Below, in pieces: positions 27,549 to 37,159 of a stretch of 64,000 nucleotides of DNA. The notes below the pieces were generated by a model, which had not been told where the DNA came from, did no database searches, and saw only the letters and a list, made by a program, of their open reading frames with translations. This DNA comes from Clostridia bacterium. GTDB lineage: Bacteria; Bacillota; Clostridia; Oscillospirales; CAG-272. The position numbers were made by a program, and so were the translations under genes. How positions within the stretch are numbered: the stretch's first letter is position 1; each line of letters starts with the position of its first letter. The stretch is from NCBI GenBank assembly GCA_017501225.1, contig JAFVXH010000019.1, positions 266,666 through 330,665 of the forward strand. Direction: 5' to 3'.

Positions 27549-28826
27549 ATGAGTTTAATCAAAGCTGAGCAGACCGAAAAGAGCGTATATACTCTTGAGT
27601 TTTCGGTAGACAAGGCAACCTTTGACAAGGCAATCAGCAACGCTTACCGCAAGCAGGTAGGCAAGCTTTCAGTGCCCGGCTTCCGCAAGGGCAAGGCACC
27701 CAGATCCGTCATCGAGAAGATGTACGGCAAGGGCTTCTTCTATGAGGATGCCATCAACGAAGTACTCCCCGACGCATTCGACGCAGCGCTCACCGAGTCC
27801 AAGCTGGACATGGTTGGTCAGCCCGAGTTCGATATCGTTTCCATTGACGACGGCGGCGTCGTTCTTTCCGCAAAGGTTGCGGTAAAGCCCGAGGTTACCA
27901 TTAAGGACTACCTTGGTATCGAAGCAGAAAAGACCGTTGCTCCCACCACCGACGAGGAGGTTGAGGACGAGATCAACACCATTCGCGAGCGCAACTCCCG
28001 TGAGATCGAGGTGACTGACGAAGCATCCGTCATGGGTGACGTTTGCACCATTGATTACGAGGGCTTTGTCGACGGTGTCGCATTCGAGGGCGGCAAGGGT
28101 GACGCATATCCTCTCAAGCTTGGATCCGGCAACTTCATCCCCGGCTTTGAGGAGCAGGTTGCAGGTCACAAGATCGGCGAGAACTTCGACGTCGTCGTAA
28201 CCTTCCCCGAGGACTACCACGCAAAGGAGCTCGCAGGCAAGGAGGCAGTCTTCAAGACCGTCATTCACGCCATCAAGCACGTAGAGCTCCCCGCTCTTGA
28301 CGACGATTTTGCAAAGGACGTTTCGGAATTTGACACCCTTGATGAATACCGCGCCGATCTGAAGGCTAAAATCACAAAGAGACATGAGAGCGAAGCAGAC
28401 CGTGCCTTCGAGGATGCCGTTCTGGATGCACTGATCGAGAAGGTTGAGGCTGATATCCCCGAGCAGATGTACGTTGCGGAGACCGAGAACTACGTTCGCG
28501 ATTACGACAGCCGTCTGCGTATGCAGGGACTTGATCTGAACACCTACTTCAAGTACACCGGCATGACCCTCGACACCTTGCGCGAGCAGCTCAGACCCCA
28601 GGCTGAAAAGCAGGTAAAGCTCAGACTGGCACTGGAAACCATCGCTACTCTTGAAAACATCACCGTTACCGATGAGGACATCGAAGAAGAGATCCAGAAC
28701 ATCGCAAAGGCTTACCAGATGGAGGCCGATAAGGTTCGTGAGATGGTTCCCGCCGATTCCGTAGCCCAGGACATGAAGGTCAAGAAGGCAATGGATCTTG
28801 TAAAAGAAAAAGCCATCGCGAAGTAA
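27549..28826 (+). CDS. tig: Trigger factor
   Basis: 425-aa ORF with ribosome-binding motif GFRKGKAP and an FKBP-type PPIase core (IDYEGFVDGVAFEGG...FIPGFEEQ). tig-clpP-clpX synteny. Confidence 0.95.
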   Translation: MSLIKAEQTEKSVYTLEFSVDKATFDKAISNAYRKQVGKLSVPGFRKGKAPRSVIEKMYGKGFFYEDAINEVLPDAFDAALTESKLDMVGQPEFDIVSIDDGGVVLSAKVAVKPEVTIKDYLGIEAEKTVAPTTDEEVEDEINTIRERNSREIEVTDEASVMGDVCTIDYEGFVDGVAFEGGKGDAYPLKLGSGNFIPGFEEQVAGHKIGENFDVVVTFPEDYHAKELAGKEAVFKTVIHAIKHVELPALDDDFAKDVSEFDTLDEYRADLKAKITKRHESEADRAFEDAVLDALIEKVEADIPEQMYVAETENYVRDYDSRLRMQGLDLNTYFKYTGMTLDTLREQLRPQAEKQVKLRLALETIATLENITVTDEDIEEEIQNIAKAYQMEADKVREMVPADSVAQDMKVKKAMDLVKEKAIAK

Positions 28827-28839
28827 AAAAATCACTCAC

Positions 28840-28880
28840 TGAACCGGAAGTTGCGTTTGCCATTTCCGGTTCAAATTTAT
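28840..28880 (+). terminator. Hairpin (partial terminator/attenuator) between tig and clpP
   Basis: GAACCGGAA (28841-28849) pairs with TTCCGGTTC (28864-28872). Only a weak U-tract (AAATTTAT) follows. Confidence 0.45.
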
Positions 28881-28900
28881 CTGAAAAGAGGTAATTTCCT

Positions 28901-29512
28901 ATGTATTTCCCTCAAAATCTTCCCAAGGACGCTTTGGTTCCCATGGTTGTCGAGCAGACCAGCCGCGGAGAGCGCTCCTACGACATCTTCTCCCGACTGC
29001 TTAACGACCGTATCGTATTTCTGTCCGATGAGGTCAATGACGCAACGGCGTCCTTGGTAGTCGCACAGCTTCTCTTCCTGGAATCTCAGGATGCTGACAA
29101 GGACATTTTCTTCTATATCAATTCTCCCGGAGGATCGGTCACTGCCGGTATGGCAATCTACGATACCATGCAGTTCATCAAATGCGACGTTTCTACCATC
29201 TGCCTTGGCATGGCGGCAAGCATGGGTGCGTTCCTGCTCTCCTCGGGTACCAAGGGCAAGCGTATCGCGCTTCCCCACAGTGAGATCATGATCCACCAGC
29301 CCTTGGGAGGTGCCAAGGGTCAGGCAAGCGATATTCAGATCCAGGCAGAGCAGATTTTGCGCATCAAGAAGACGCTGAATCAGATTCTGGCAGAAAACAC
29401 GGGAAAGCCGGTCGAGGTCATCGAAAAGGATACCGACCGCGACAACTATATGACGGCACAAGAGGCGCTCGCTTACGGACTTGTCGATAAGATCCTGACC
29501 AAGCGCGAGTAA
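28901..29512 (+). CDS. clpP: ATP-dependent Clp protease proteolytic subunit
   Basis: 203-aa ORF with [19 protein letters not shown], catalytic Ser in [11 protein letters not shown] and His in IMIHQP. Confidence 0.96.
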   Translation: MYFPQNLPKDALVPMVVEQTSRGERSYDIFSRLLNDRIVFLSDEVNDATASLVVAQLLFLESQDADKDIFFYINSPGGSVTAGMAIYDTMQFIKCDVSTICLGMAASMGAFLLSSGTKGKRIALPHSEIMIHQPLGGAKGQASDIQIQAEQILRIKKTLNQILAENTGKPVEVIEKDTDRDNYMTAQEALAYGLVDKILTKRE

Positions 29513-29552
29513 ATCCTCTCTCCCAATTCAGAAAGGAAAAACGCTGAAATTC

Positions 29553-30914
29553 ATGGCTAACAATAATGATAAGCAGCTTCGCCATTGCTCCTTTTGCGGG
29601 AGAAATGAGCGACAGGTCAACTTTTTAATCCCCTCCCCGACCGGTGTCTATATTTGTGACTTTTGCGTAGAGGCCTGCAATGACCTGATCACCGAAACCG
29701 AAAACGCGCATCTTGCCGAGAAAAAGCTTTCCTTCTCCGAGCTCCCAAGACCGATTCAGATCAAGGAAACCTTAGACCGATACGTCATCGGTCAGGAGGA
29801 AGCAAAGGTAGCGCTCTCGGTAGCGGTTTATAATCATTACAAGCGCATTCTCTCCCAAAAGGCTCCGATCAAGAAAAGCAAGCGATCCAAGAAGGCACAG
29901 GAGGAGCAAGCACAGGACGAGGTCGAGCTTCAAAAGAGCAACGTCTTGCTCATCGGTCCTACCGGTGTCGGCAAAACCTATCTCGCGCAAACCCTCGCAA
30001 AAACCTTACAGGTTCCCTTTGCCATTGCGGACGCAACGACCTTGACAGAGGCAGGATACGTCGGCGAGGACGTGGAAAATATCCTTCTGCGCCTGATTCA
30101 GGCGGCGGACTATGACGTTGAGCTCGCGGAGCGCGGCATCATCTATATCGATGAGATCGACAAGATCTCCCGTAAAAGCGAAAATCGCTCCATCACGCGT
30201 GACGTATCCGGTGAGGGCGTTCAGCAAGCACTCCTGAAGATCCTGGAGGGCACGGTCGCAAACGTTCCCCCTCAGGGCGGACGCAAGCATCCCAATCAGG
30301 AATTCATTCAGATCGATACCAAGAACATTCTCTTTATTTGCGGAGGAGCCTTTGACGGTCTGGAAAAGATCATCGAGAAGCGCAAGGGCAACCAGACCAT
30401 CGGCTTTGGCGGACAGATCAAAACCAAGACAGAACGCAAGTCCACGGGCATTTTCCGCGACGTAACGCCTCACGACATCGTCAAATTCGGTCTGATCCCC
30501 GAGCTGGTAGGGCGAATCCCCGTCACGGTTGCCTTGGACGATCTTGATAAAGAGGCGCTCGTTCGCATCCTGACCGAACCGAAAAACTCCCTGACCAAGC
30601 AATACGAGAAGCTCTTTTCGATGGACGGCGTCAAGCTGACCTTCGGCGAGGGCGCGCTCGAGGCTGTTGCAGAGCTTGCTTTGGAACGAAACACGGGTGC
30701 GCGCGGTCTGCGCTCGATCCTGGAGAACGCGATGACAAGGATCATGTACGAGGTTCCCTCCCGCGTTGACGTATCCGAGGTGGTGATCACGCCCGAGTGC
30801 ATCAAGCAAACGGGTGAATGCAACTATCTTTTGCTGCGTGAATTGCCAACGGCAGAGGCACAGGAGGCACTCCCTGAGCCCCAGAGCGAGTTGCCTGCGG
30901 CGCAGGACTTTTAA
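29553..30914 (+). CDS. clpX: ATP-dependent Clp protease ATP-binding subunit ClpX
   Basis: 453-aa ORF with Zn-finger CSFCGR...CDFCVEAC, Walker A GPTGVGKT, Walker [10 protein letters not shown] and the pore loop. Confidence 0.96.
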   Translation: MANNNDKQLRHCSFCGRNERQVNFLIPSPTGVYICDFCVEACNDLITETENAHLAEKKLSFSELPRPIQIKETLDRYVIGQEEAKVALSVAVYNHYKRILSQKAPIKKSKRSKKAQEEQAQDEVELQKSNVLLIGPTGVGKTYLAQTLAKTLQVPFAIADATTLTEAGYVGEDVENILLRLIQAADYDVELAERGIIYIDEIDKISRKSENRSITRDVSGEGVQQALLKILEGTVANVPPQGGRKHPNQEFIQIDTKNILFICGGAFDGLEKIIEKRKGNQTIGFGGQIKTKTERKSTGIFRDVTPHDIVKFGLIPELVGRIPVTVALDDLDKEALVRILTEPKNSLTKQYEKLFSMDGVKLTFGEGALEAVAELALERNTGARGLRSILENAMTRIMYEVPSRVDVSEVVITPECIKQTGECNYLLLRELPTAEAQEALPEPQSELPAAQDF

Positions 30915-30920
30915 TCAAAA

Positions 30921-30958
30921 AAACCGAGATGCAAAAGCAGCATCTCGGTTCTTTTTTA
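30921..30958. terminator. Intrinsic terminator after clpX (bidirectional with the convergent gene)
   Basis: CCGAGATGC (30924-30932) pairs with GCATCTCGG (30940-30948), followed by TTCTTTTTT. An A-run precedes the stem. Confidence 0.8.
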
Positions 30959-31984
30959 TTCGCAATTTCCTTGCAAAAACGGGGTTTTATAGCAATTTGC
31001 CGCGGTCAGGATCTGCAATCTTCCGATCGGATAACGCTCCCGATAGGATTGTAACGCGCCCTTCCAGGAAAGAGTTGTAGGATAATCACGGCGCCAAAGT
31101 GCCCACGTCATTTCCTCTCCGTGCTCCCTTGCCTGCACGTCCAGCATCGCCTGCTCCGCTGACGGATGAGATGCGGAAAAGAGCAGACGGCAAAGTCCCA
31201 CACTGCTTTGCAGATAGGAGATCAGACGCAGAAGCTCCCCTTCGTCGCAATGTAAACGAAGGCAGAGTGCCCAGGAACGCTTTTTGCATTCTGCACTCAA
31301 CAAGCGCAATACCTGCGTGGTCCACAGATCGCTTTGCGAAAGCCCCGGATCCTGACGTTCTAAAAGCTGATTGACCGCATACAGATTGGGTTCATCAAAG
31401 GTGTAGTCTTCCGAAAGGGTAAAAAATACGCTCCGACACCCCTTCTCCTCAAAGGCATCCAGCGTCTTTTGGGTTGAAGCGACAAAGGACTGCCAGGACG
31501 TATCAAGATTTGTTTGACAGAAAAGGCTTCCGTCCAAAACGGGTACGCAATTTTTGGGAAGCTCGTCCAGCCCGTTTACATCCTGCCAAAGCAGGCGCAC
31601 AGGGGATTGACCGTACAAGCGCTCAAGCGCTGCTTGCCACGTCATGGCGGTTTCCTGCAAAAGCACGGAGTTTTTTTGCCAGATCGCTTCACAATTCTCG
31701 GGCAAGAGCGGCAGATCGATCCCGAATACCTTTTCTAAAAGCATCTGACACCAAAGAGCCGTAGGATGTCCCTCGGCAAGCTCGCACGCCTTGCAAAGGG
31801 CGCAAAATTTATCGTATTGGGAGGCTTTCTCGGAAAACCGATGTGAGGGGATCTCGCAAAGACGAAGCAGTGCTTCGACATCCTTGTCAAAGAGCAGATC
31901 CGTTACCGTGCGCACGCAGTGTGCAGAGCGCAGCTCACTCGCAAGAATCCCAAAATCATATGAAAACGCCTGACTGCTTTGCAT
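30956..31984 (-). CDS. Hypothetical protein, distant uronate isomerase (UxaC)-like
   Basis: Start at ATG 31984 after GGGAGGG. ASQYDKFCALCKACELAEGHPTALWCQMLLEKVFGIDLPLL...IW and LDAFEEKGCRSV...LSQSDLWTTQVLRLLSAECKKRSWALCLRLH parallel UxaC segments as I recall them. The N-terminal HxH metal motif is not retained. Confidence 0.45.
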   Translation of the reverse strand: MQSSQAFSYDFGILASELRSAHCVRTVTDLLFDKDVEALLRLCEIPSHRFSEKASQYDKFCALCKACELAEGHPTALWCQMLLEKVFGIDLPLLPENCEAIWQKNSVLLQETAMTWQAALERLYGQSPVRLLWQDVNGLDELPKNCVPVLDGSLFCQTNLDTSWQSFVASTQKTLDAFEEKGCRSVFFTLSEDYTFDEPNLYAVNQLLERQDPGLSQSDLWTTQVLRLLSAECKKRSWALCLRLHCDEGELLRLISYLQSSVGLCRLLFSASHPSAEQAMLDVQAREHGEEMTWALWRRDYPTTLSWKGALQSYRERYPIGRLQILTAANCYKTPFLQGNCE

Positions 31985-32145
31985 GCTTTTCCCTCCCGCT
32001 TTGGTCGAATACATTCCTATTTTATCATAAAGCACACTTTTCGTCAATCCATTTACAATTTTTTTGCAGAATTTATAGACGAAAAAGATTTTTTATGTTA
32101 TACTATAAAAAAGGAATGCAATTTGCAAGAAAAGTGAGATTTGAT

Positions 32146-33753
32146 ATGGATTTTACAGAATTTAGTCTGATTTATCCGAACGCCGCCGCCAAGGAGCGTC
32201 ACCGTTCGGGCGCAAGTGTGCCTGATATTGATCTGTTCACACTGCAGGAATTGGGACTTTTGGAGGCATTTTCGCTCAAGAGTGGATCGCTTGCGGATTT
32301 CGTGACCACCGACGAGGAGGTTATGCGCTACCGCATGTCGAGCCTTGCGGATATGCTTGCCTGCCCCGAGCTTGCAGAAATGTTTCACCGCTTGGTTCCC
32401 ATCCTGAACGATATTCTGGAGCTTCGTCGCTTGTCTGCCGATAGCGGTAACAGCGAGGACTATCTTTCCAGCATCACCGAGATCGAGCTTTACGTATCGA
32501 GCGTTGAGGTGCTTCATAAGGGACTGCAAAGCGCGAAGGACCGCATCACAGGTCCTGCCTTCGGGGCTTTGACCTCTCTGGTAACAGAGCTTGCGGAAAG
32601 CGACTACTACCGCGAGCTCAATCAAAAGCTTCAGGAGCTGACGCAACGCGTACGTGAGATCAAGAGCGTCACTGTCGGTGTCAATCTCGACGCCCAGCTT
32701 CGCCCCACCTCCGCAGGCGTTCTTTCCATCAATTCCGAGAATTTCAAATCGGGCGACGTGCTGGATAAGATCCTGCGCCTGAGCTTTAAGAACGATCAGT
32801 ATACCTGCATCGCGGATCTCGTCCCCTTTGATAAGAAGCAGTCCGAAAATCAAAAGATGGCGCTCTCGCTTGCCTTTAACAGCGCGATCAACGAGATCTA
32901 CCGCTCCTCGCTTCGCTCCTGGAAAAAGATCATTCAGGCATACGTATTGGAAAATACCGAATTTTTGCTCAATCTGATGCCCGAATTCGAGTTTTTGGCA
33001 ATGGCAACGCAATTCCTTCGCCGCTTGCAGGACAAGGGCTGCGCCCTCTGCATCCCCGAGATCGCGCCGATGGAAGCGCATGCGTTTGACTCCAAGGGGC
33101 TTTACAATCCTTGCGTTGCCCTCAAAATCGAGGACGACGTCGTGCTCAACGATCTTGTGTTTGACGAGAATGCGGGGATCTACGTCTTAACAGGTCCGAA
33201 CCGCGGCGGAAAATCCGTCATTACCTGCGCATTAGGACTTGCGCAGGTCATGCTTCAGCTTGGCATGTACCTTCCCGCAAAGAGTGCAGTCATCTCCCCC
33301 GTAGACGCGATCTACACGCACTTCCCCACGGGTGCCGACGATACCATTGACAAGGGACGCCTTGGAGAGGAGTGTGCGCGTCTTGGCGAGATCTTCGATT
33401 GCGTAACAAGGGACAGCCTTGTACTTCTGGACGAATCCCTCTCCTCGACGGGAAGCTTTGAGGCATCCTATATTGCCGCGGAGGTGCTGGGGGGCTTCTC
33501 GCACATCGGTTGCCGTTGTCTGTTCTCCACGCATCTGCATGAGCTTGCGGCAGAGATCGACAGCATCAACGCCCGTGCAAAGCAAAGCGGCGGCGTTTCC
33601 ATCGACACCTTGGTGGCGGGAATTGAGGGCGAGGGGAAACGCTCCTTCCTGATCACACGTGCAAAGCCCGACGGAAAGAGCTACGCGCGCGATATCGCAA
33701 GGAGCTACGGTCTCACCTACGAAAACATTCTTGCCCGCTTAGAAGACAAATAA
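32146..33753 (+). CDS. MutS-family ATPase (core/clamp plus domain V only; no mismatch-recognition domain)
   Basis: Walker A GPNRGGKS, Walker B LVLLDE, FSTHLHEL, and a long coiled N-terminal region. Start is uncertain among 32146 (MDFTEFSLIYP), 32116 and 32095. The track start 31843 overlaps the divergent gene. Confidence 0.8.
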   Translation: MDFTEFSLIYPNAAAKERHRSGASVPDIDLFTLQELGLLEAFSLKSGSLADFVTTDEEVMRYRMSSLADMLACPELAEMFHRLVPILNDILELRRLSADSGNSEDYLSSITEIELYVSSVEVLHKGLQSAKDRITGPAFGALTSLVTELAESDYYRELNQKLQELTQRVREIKSVTVGVNLDAQLRPTSAGVLSINSENFKSGDVLDKILRLSFKNDQYTCIADLVPFDKKQSENQKMALSLAFNSAINEIYRSSLRSWKKIIQAYVLENTEFLLNLMPEFEFLAMATQFLRRLQDKGCALCIPEIAPMEAHAFDSKGLYNPCVALKIEDDVVLNDLVFDENAGIYVLTGPNRGGKSVITCALGLAQVMLQLGMYLPAKSAVISPVDAIYTHFPTGADDTIDKGRLGEECARLGEIFDCVTRDSLVLLDESLSSTGSFEASYIAAEVLGGFSHIGCRCLFSTHLHELAAEIDSINARAKQSGGVSIDTLVAGIEGEGKRSFLITRAKPDGKSYARDIARSYGLTYENILARLEDK

Positions 33754-33761
33754 ACGAAACG

Positions 33762-33797
33762 AAAAGGGCGCACGGCAAATTGCCGTGCGCCCTTTTG
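33762..33797 (+). terminator. Intrinsic terminator after the MutS-family gene
   Basis: Near-perfect palindrome AAAAGGGCGCACGGCAAATTGCCGTGCGCCCTTTT. Confidence 0.75.
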
Positions 33798-33879
33798 ATT
33801 GGATGAATTTCTGTAAAACAACATGAAATCGGATCTTTGCGTGCATAATAAAATCGAAATTTACGGTTAGGAGTATGCC

Positions 33880-35250
33880 ATGAACGACACACGCAAAGCC
33901 TCCTTTGATCTTTTGCGGGGAAAAATCCCACCTATGATTTTACGCATCGCGTTTCCGACGACGCTCGCGCTTTTGACCAATTCTCTGTTTCACGTAGCCG
34001 ACGCGCTCTTTCTCTCCAAGCTTGGTACCAACGAAAGCGCGGCGGTCGGCGTCACGTTTGCGCTTCAAGTGCTGTTTCAGGCGATCGGATATACCTGCGG
34101 AACAGGCGGTGGAAGCCTTGTTTCCCGCTATCTTGGAAAGGGGGAGCATGAGCCTGCAAGTCAGGTCGCACGTGCCGCCTTCCTGCTTGCGATCTCCCTC
34201 GGATTTTTAATTACGGGTATCGGACAGCTTTTCTTGATGCAGCTGCTCCCGCTCCTGGGGGCTCGGGAGGACATCTACCCTTATGCAATACAATACCTGC
34301 GCGTCTTTCTATGGTCCGCACCGGCAGTTTGCTCCTCCTTCACCTTGAGTCAGCTGTTGCGCTCGGAAGGACTTGCCAGCTTTGGAATGTATGGGCTTGT
34401 CGTTGCGAATTCAGTCAATATTTTGCTCGATCCGCTCTTTATCTTTCATTTCGGTCTGGGACTTCGGGGGGCTGCTTTTTCAACCTTGATTAGCCAGTGG
34501 CTCGGTTGTATCATTCTGATTCTGGTCTATCTGACAAAGAACAGTAAGATCAAGCTGTTTTCCACCTCCATGAAAACAAGCTATCAAAGGATCCCACAGA
34601 TCCTTCTGGCGGGGCTTCCATCCCTTCTCCGTCAAGGATTGATCTGCGTTGCGACCGTCATGCTCAATCATGGAGCCGCCGAGGTAGGTGTTTCCGCCGT
34701 TGCCGCCATGTCGGTGGTCAATCGGATCTTCCTTTTGACCTATAGCTTTTCCGCGGGAATTGGACAAGGGATGATGTCCCTGATCGGCTATAACAGCGGT
34801 GCGCATCAATGGATGCGCGTACGCCGCGCGCTCTCCTTTGCGGTGATCTTTACCAGCCTTGGGATGCTTCTGATCAGCCTTCCGATCCTGCAATTTGCCC
34901 CGCAGATCGTCGCGTTCTTTCGTCCCGAAAGTGCTGTGGTATCCTTTGGAAGCATAGCACTTCGCGCCCTGATGCTCGTTTTATTCGTGCACGGGATCAC
35001 AACGCCCTGCAGTATGGCACTTCAAGCATTGGGAAAGCCCCTTGCCGCCTCATTGGTTGCATGTGGGCGACAGGGGCTTTTCTTTCTTCCGTTGATTACT
35101 TGGCTCCCGCAACGCTTCGGCGCGTCAAGCGTGATATTGGTACAGCCCTTGGCGGATCTTGGAAGCTGGCTGTTCGCGCTTCCGTTTCTGATCTACCTGT
35201 TCCGCTGGCTTGGGCGTCAGGCGCGCTCCGAGGAGCCTGCATCTCCGTAG
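33880..35250 (+). CDS. MATE-family efflux transporter
   Basis: 456-aa polytopic ORF (about 12 TM). MATE-like N-terminus LLRGKIPPMILRIAFPTTLALLTNSLFHVADALFLSKLG. TAGGAG RBS. Confidence 0.88.
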   Translation: MNDTRKASFDLLRGKIPPMILRIAFPTTLALLTNSLFHVADALFLSKLGTNESAAVGVTFALQVLFQAIGYTCGTGGGSLVSRYLGKGEHEPASQVARAAFLLAISLGFLITGIGQLFLMQLLPLLGAREDIYPYAIQYLRVFLWSAPAVCSSFTLSQLLRSEGLASFGMYGLVVANSVNILLDPLFIFHFGLGLRGAAFSTLISQWLGCIILILVYLTKNSKIKLFSTSMKTSYQRIPQILLAGLPSLLRQGLICVATVMLNHGAAEVGVSAVAAMSVVNRIFLLTYSFSAGIGQGMMSLIGYNSGAHQWMRVRRALSFAVIFTSLGMLLISLPILQFAPQIVAFFRPESAVVSFGSIALRALMLVLFVHGITTPCSMALQALGKPLAASLVACGRQGLFFLPLITWLPQRFGASSVILVQPLADLGSWLFALPFLIYLFRWLGRQARSEEPASP

Positions 35251-36011
35251 CGTTCCTTTGCGCGGATCTCACTCATGTAATAGCGGTTGAGCATCAGCTG
35301 AATCAGCAAATATCCCAACAGAATGGCAAGAAGGTCGGCAAGATAGTAGGTGATCATCCAAAAAGCATCGACGATTCCCTGCGGCGCTCCAATGAAGGCA
35401 AAATCGTAATAAAGGCGCGTCGCAATCTTGGAAAGACCGAGAATGACGGAGGGGAGCAGCGCGCACATCGACATCGGATTGCGAAAATCGAGCGTCGATT
35501 GCGGAGGCATTGCACGCAAAAAGAGATTGGAGCCTGTCGCGTGATCCTTGCCTGCTTTTGCCGCAATTAAATACAGTACAAGCAACGAAGCGCCGAACAA
35601 GCAAGCGTCAAGAAAGGTTACAAGCAAAATACCGATCAATACGTCACTTAGCACCACGTCAGCCGACGGAAAGCCCATCACGAGATATCCGGAAAGGATA
35701 TCAAGGGCGTGATAAAGCGCCATGCCGCCTGCGAACAGCCCCAAAAGCCCGACACCGCTTCGTGTGCCAAAGCGTGTTACGACAATCACCAAAAATGCAA
35801 ACGATACCCAGAAAAAGACGTAGCTGAACAGATCCGAAAGCGTATAAAAAAGCAAAGCAAGAACCGTCCCCTGAAAGAGCACGTCGTTGGTAATGAATAA
35901 GTAGAGCGGATGGAAAATCACCGCGTGAAAGAGTGACAGACCGAGAAGCGCGCAGGCAAATTGATTCAGCGTCTTCTTTTTGCGGTAAGCGTCAAATTCC
36001 GAAAGCTGCAT
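35217..36011 (-). CDS. Hypothetical polytopic membrane protein
   Basis: 264-aa ORF with at least 6 hydrophobic segments. No family recognised. Its 3' end overlaps the MATE gene 3' end by 34 nt (convergent). Confidence 0.6.
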   Translation of the reverse strand: MQLSEFDAYRKKKTLNQFACALLGLSLFHAVIFHPLYLFITNDVLFQGTVLALLFYTLSDLFSYVFFWVSFAFLVIVVTRFGTRSGVGLLGLFAGGMALYHALDILSGYLVMGFPSADVVLSDVLIGILLVTFLDACLFGASLLVLYLIAAKAGKDHATGSNLFLRAMPPQSTLDFRNPMSMCALLPSVILGLSKIATRLYYDFAFIGAPQGIVDAFWMITYYLADLLAILLGYLLIQLMLNRYYMSEIRAKERYGDAGSSERA

Positions 36012-36039
36012 AAACTACCCCTTTTTCAAAGCAATCATT

Positions 36040-36057
36040 GTATCCGCTTCTATTATA
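36040..36057 (-). promoter_or_regulatory. Extended -10 promoter of the 35217-36011 gene, with the CGGATA motif
   Basis: On the minus strand: TGcTATAAT (-10 at 36057-36052) followed by AGAAGCGGATAC (36051-36040). The -35 is weak. Confidence 0.4.
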
Positions 36058-36156
36058 GCATATCTTACCCCCGAATTTCTACCCTATTTGTAAATATTTT
36101 TTCCCGCATGGCATATTCTTGTGATAAGGCCCTGAAGCCTTAACACGGAGGAGCAT

Positions 36157-37083
36157 ATGCGATACAAAAACATTCCACTTGATTTTTCAAAGCCCTTTGA
36201 CAGCAACGCCCTTTCGGAATGCGCGCAAGCGCTTTCCGATCAGTATCCCTTCCTTGGTATCGGGTATCTCGGAAAGAGTATTCTCGGTGTTGATATTCCC
36301 TATTTTATTCTCGGGGAAGGCAAAAAAGAGATCCTGTACGTAGGAGCGCATCACGGTATGGAGTGGATCACCTCGCTCCTTCTCGTCCGATTTCTTCTGG
36401 ATGCCTGCGAGCTTGCCGAACGAAAGAAAAGCATTCATCAGGTTCCGCTCGAGTTTTTGTTGGAGCGATACACCCTTTACGTTCTCCCTATGCTCAATCC
36501 CGACGGAGTCGGATATCAGATCCACGGAGTGGATGAAGCGAATCCGCTTTACGGGCGCCTGATCTCAATGAATGGCGGCAGTACGGATTTTTCGCGCTGG
36601 CAGGCAAACGCAAGAGGCGTGGATCTCAATCATAACTATGACGCAGGCTTTTGGGAATATAAACAAATAGAATTGGACAATGGAATTGAAAACGGTGCCC
36701 CCACAAAATACAGCGGTGAATGTCCCGAAAGCGAGCCTGAGGTAGCATACCTCTGCAATTTTATTCGATTTCACGAGAACATACAAGGCATCCTGACCCT
36801 ACACACGCAAGGTGAGGAGATCTTTTATCAGGCAGGCTGCGTTCTTTCGCGCAAGCAAGAGCGAATTGCCAAAGAGTTATCTGCCTTGACTGACTATCGG
36901 CTTTCACGTACCGAGGGCTCCGCTTGCTTCGGGGGACTGACCGATTGGTGCGTGCAAAGGCTCGGGCTTCCCTCCTATACGCTGGAATGCGGAAAAGGAG
37001 AAAATCCCCTTCCCCTGACGCAGGCTATTCCGATCTATGCAAGGCTCAGGCGTGCGCTTTTCCGCTTTCCTCTTTTCTTTTGA
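36157..37083 (+). CDS. M14-family zinc carboxypeptidase (gamma-D-glutamyl-meso-diaminopimelate peptidase-like)
   Basis: 308-aa ORF with GGAGGA RBS. Zn motif VGAHHGMEW (HxxE), plus NPDG, VDLNHNY and the later His in LTLHTQG. Confidence 0.82.
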   Translation: MRYKNIPLDFSKPFDSNALSECAQALSDQYPFLGIGYLGKSILGVDIPYFILGEGKKEILYVGAHHGMEWITSLLLVRFLLDACELAERKKSIHQVPLEFLLERYTLYVLPMLNPDGVGYQIHGVDEANPLYGRLISMNGGSTDFSRWQANARGVDLNHNYDAGFWEYKQIELDNGIENGAPTKYSGECPESEPEVAYLCNFIRFHENIQGILTLHTQGEEIFYQAGCVLSRKQERIAKELSALTDYRLSRTEGSACFGGLTDWCVQRLGLPSYTLECGKGENPLPLTQAIPIYARLRRALFRFPLFF

Positions 37084-37101
37084 GTATTTTGAAAATTTAT
37101 C

Positions 37102-37130
37102 TTGCCAAAACCGCACGGATATGGTATGAT
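37102..37130 (+). promoter_or_regulatory. Sigma-A type promoter of the DUF362 gene
   Basis: TTGCCA (37102-37107), 17 nt, then TGgTATGAT with -10 at 37125-37130. Confidence 0.5.
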
Positions 37131-37159
37131 GGAGAAAAGAAAACGGAAGGAAGTTCTCC

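Noticed and set aside
36040-36053. Reading the shared AAGCGGATAC promoter motif as a CcpA cre site (TGWAANCGNTNWCA).
   Set aside because: Only the central AA-CG and the distal ACA match. The left-half TG, which is the most conserved part of cre, is absent in all three copies.
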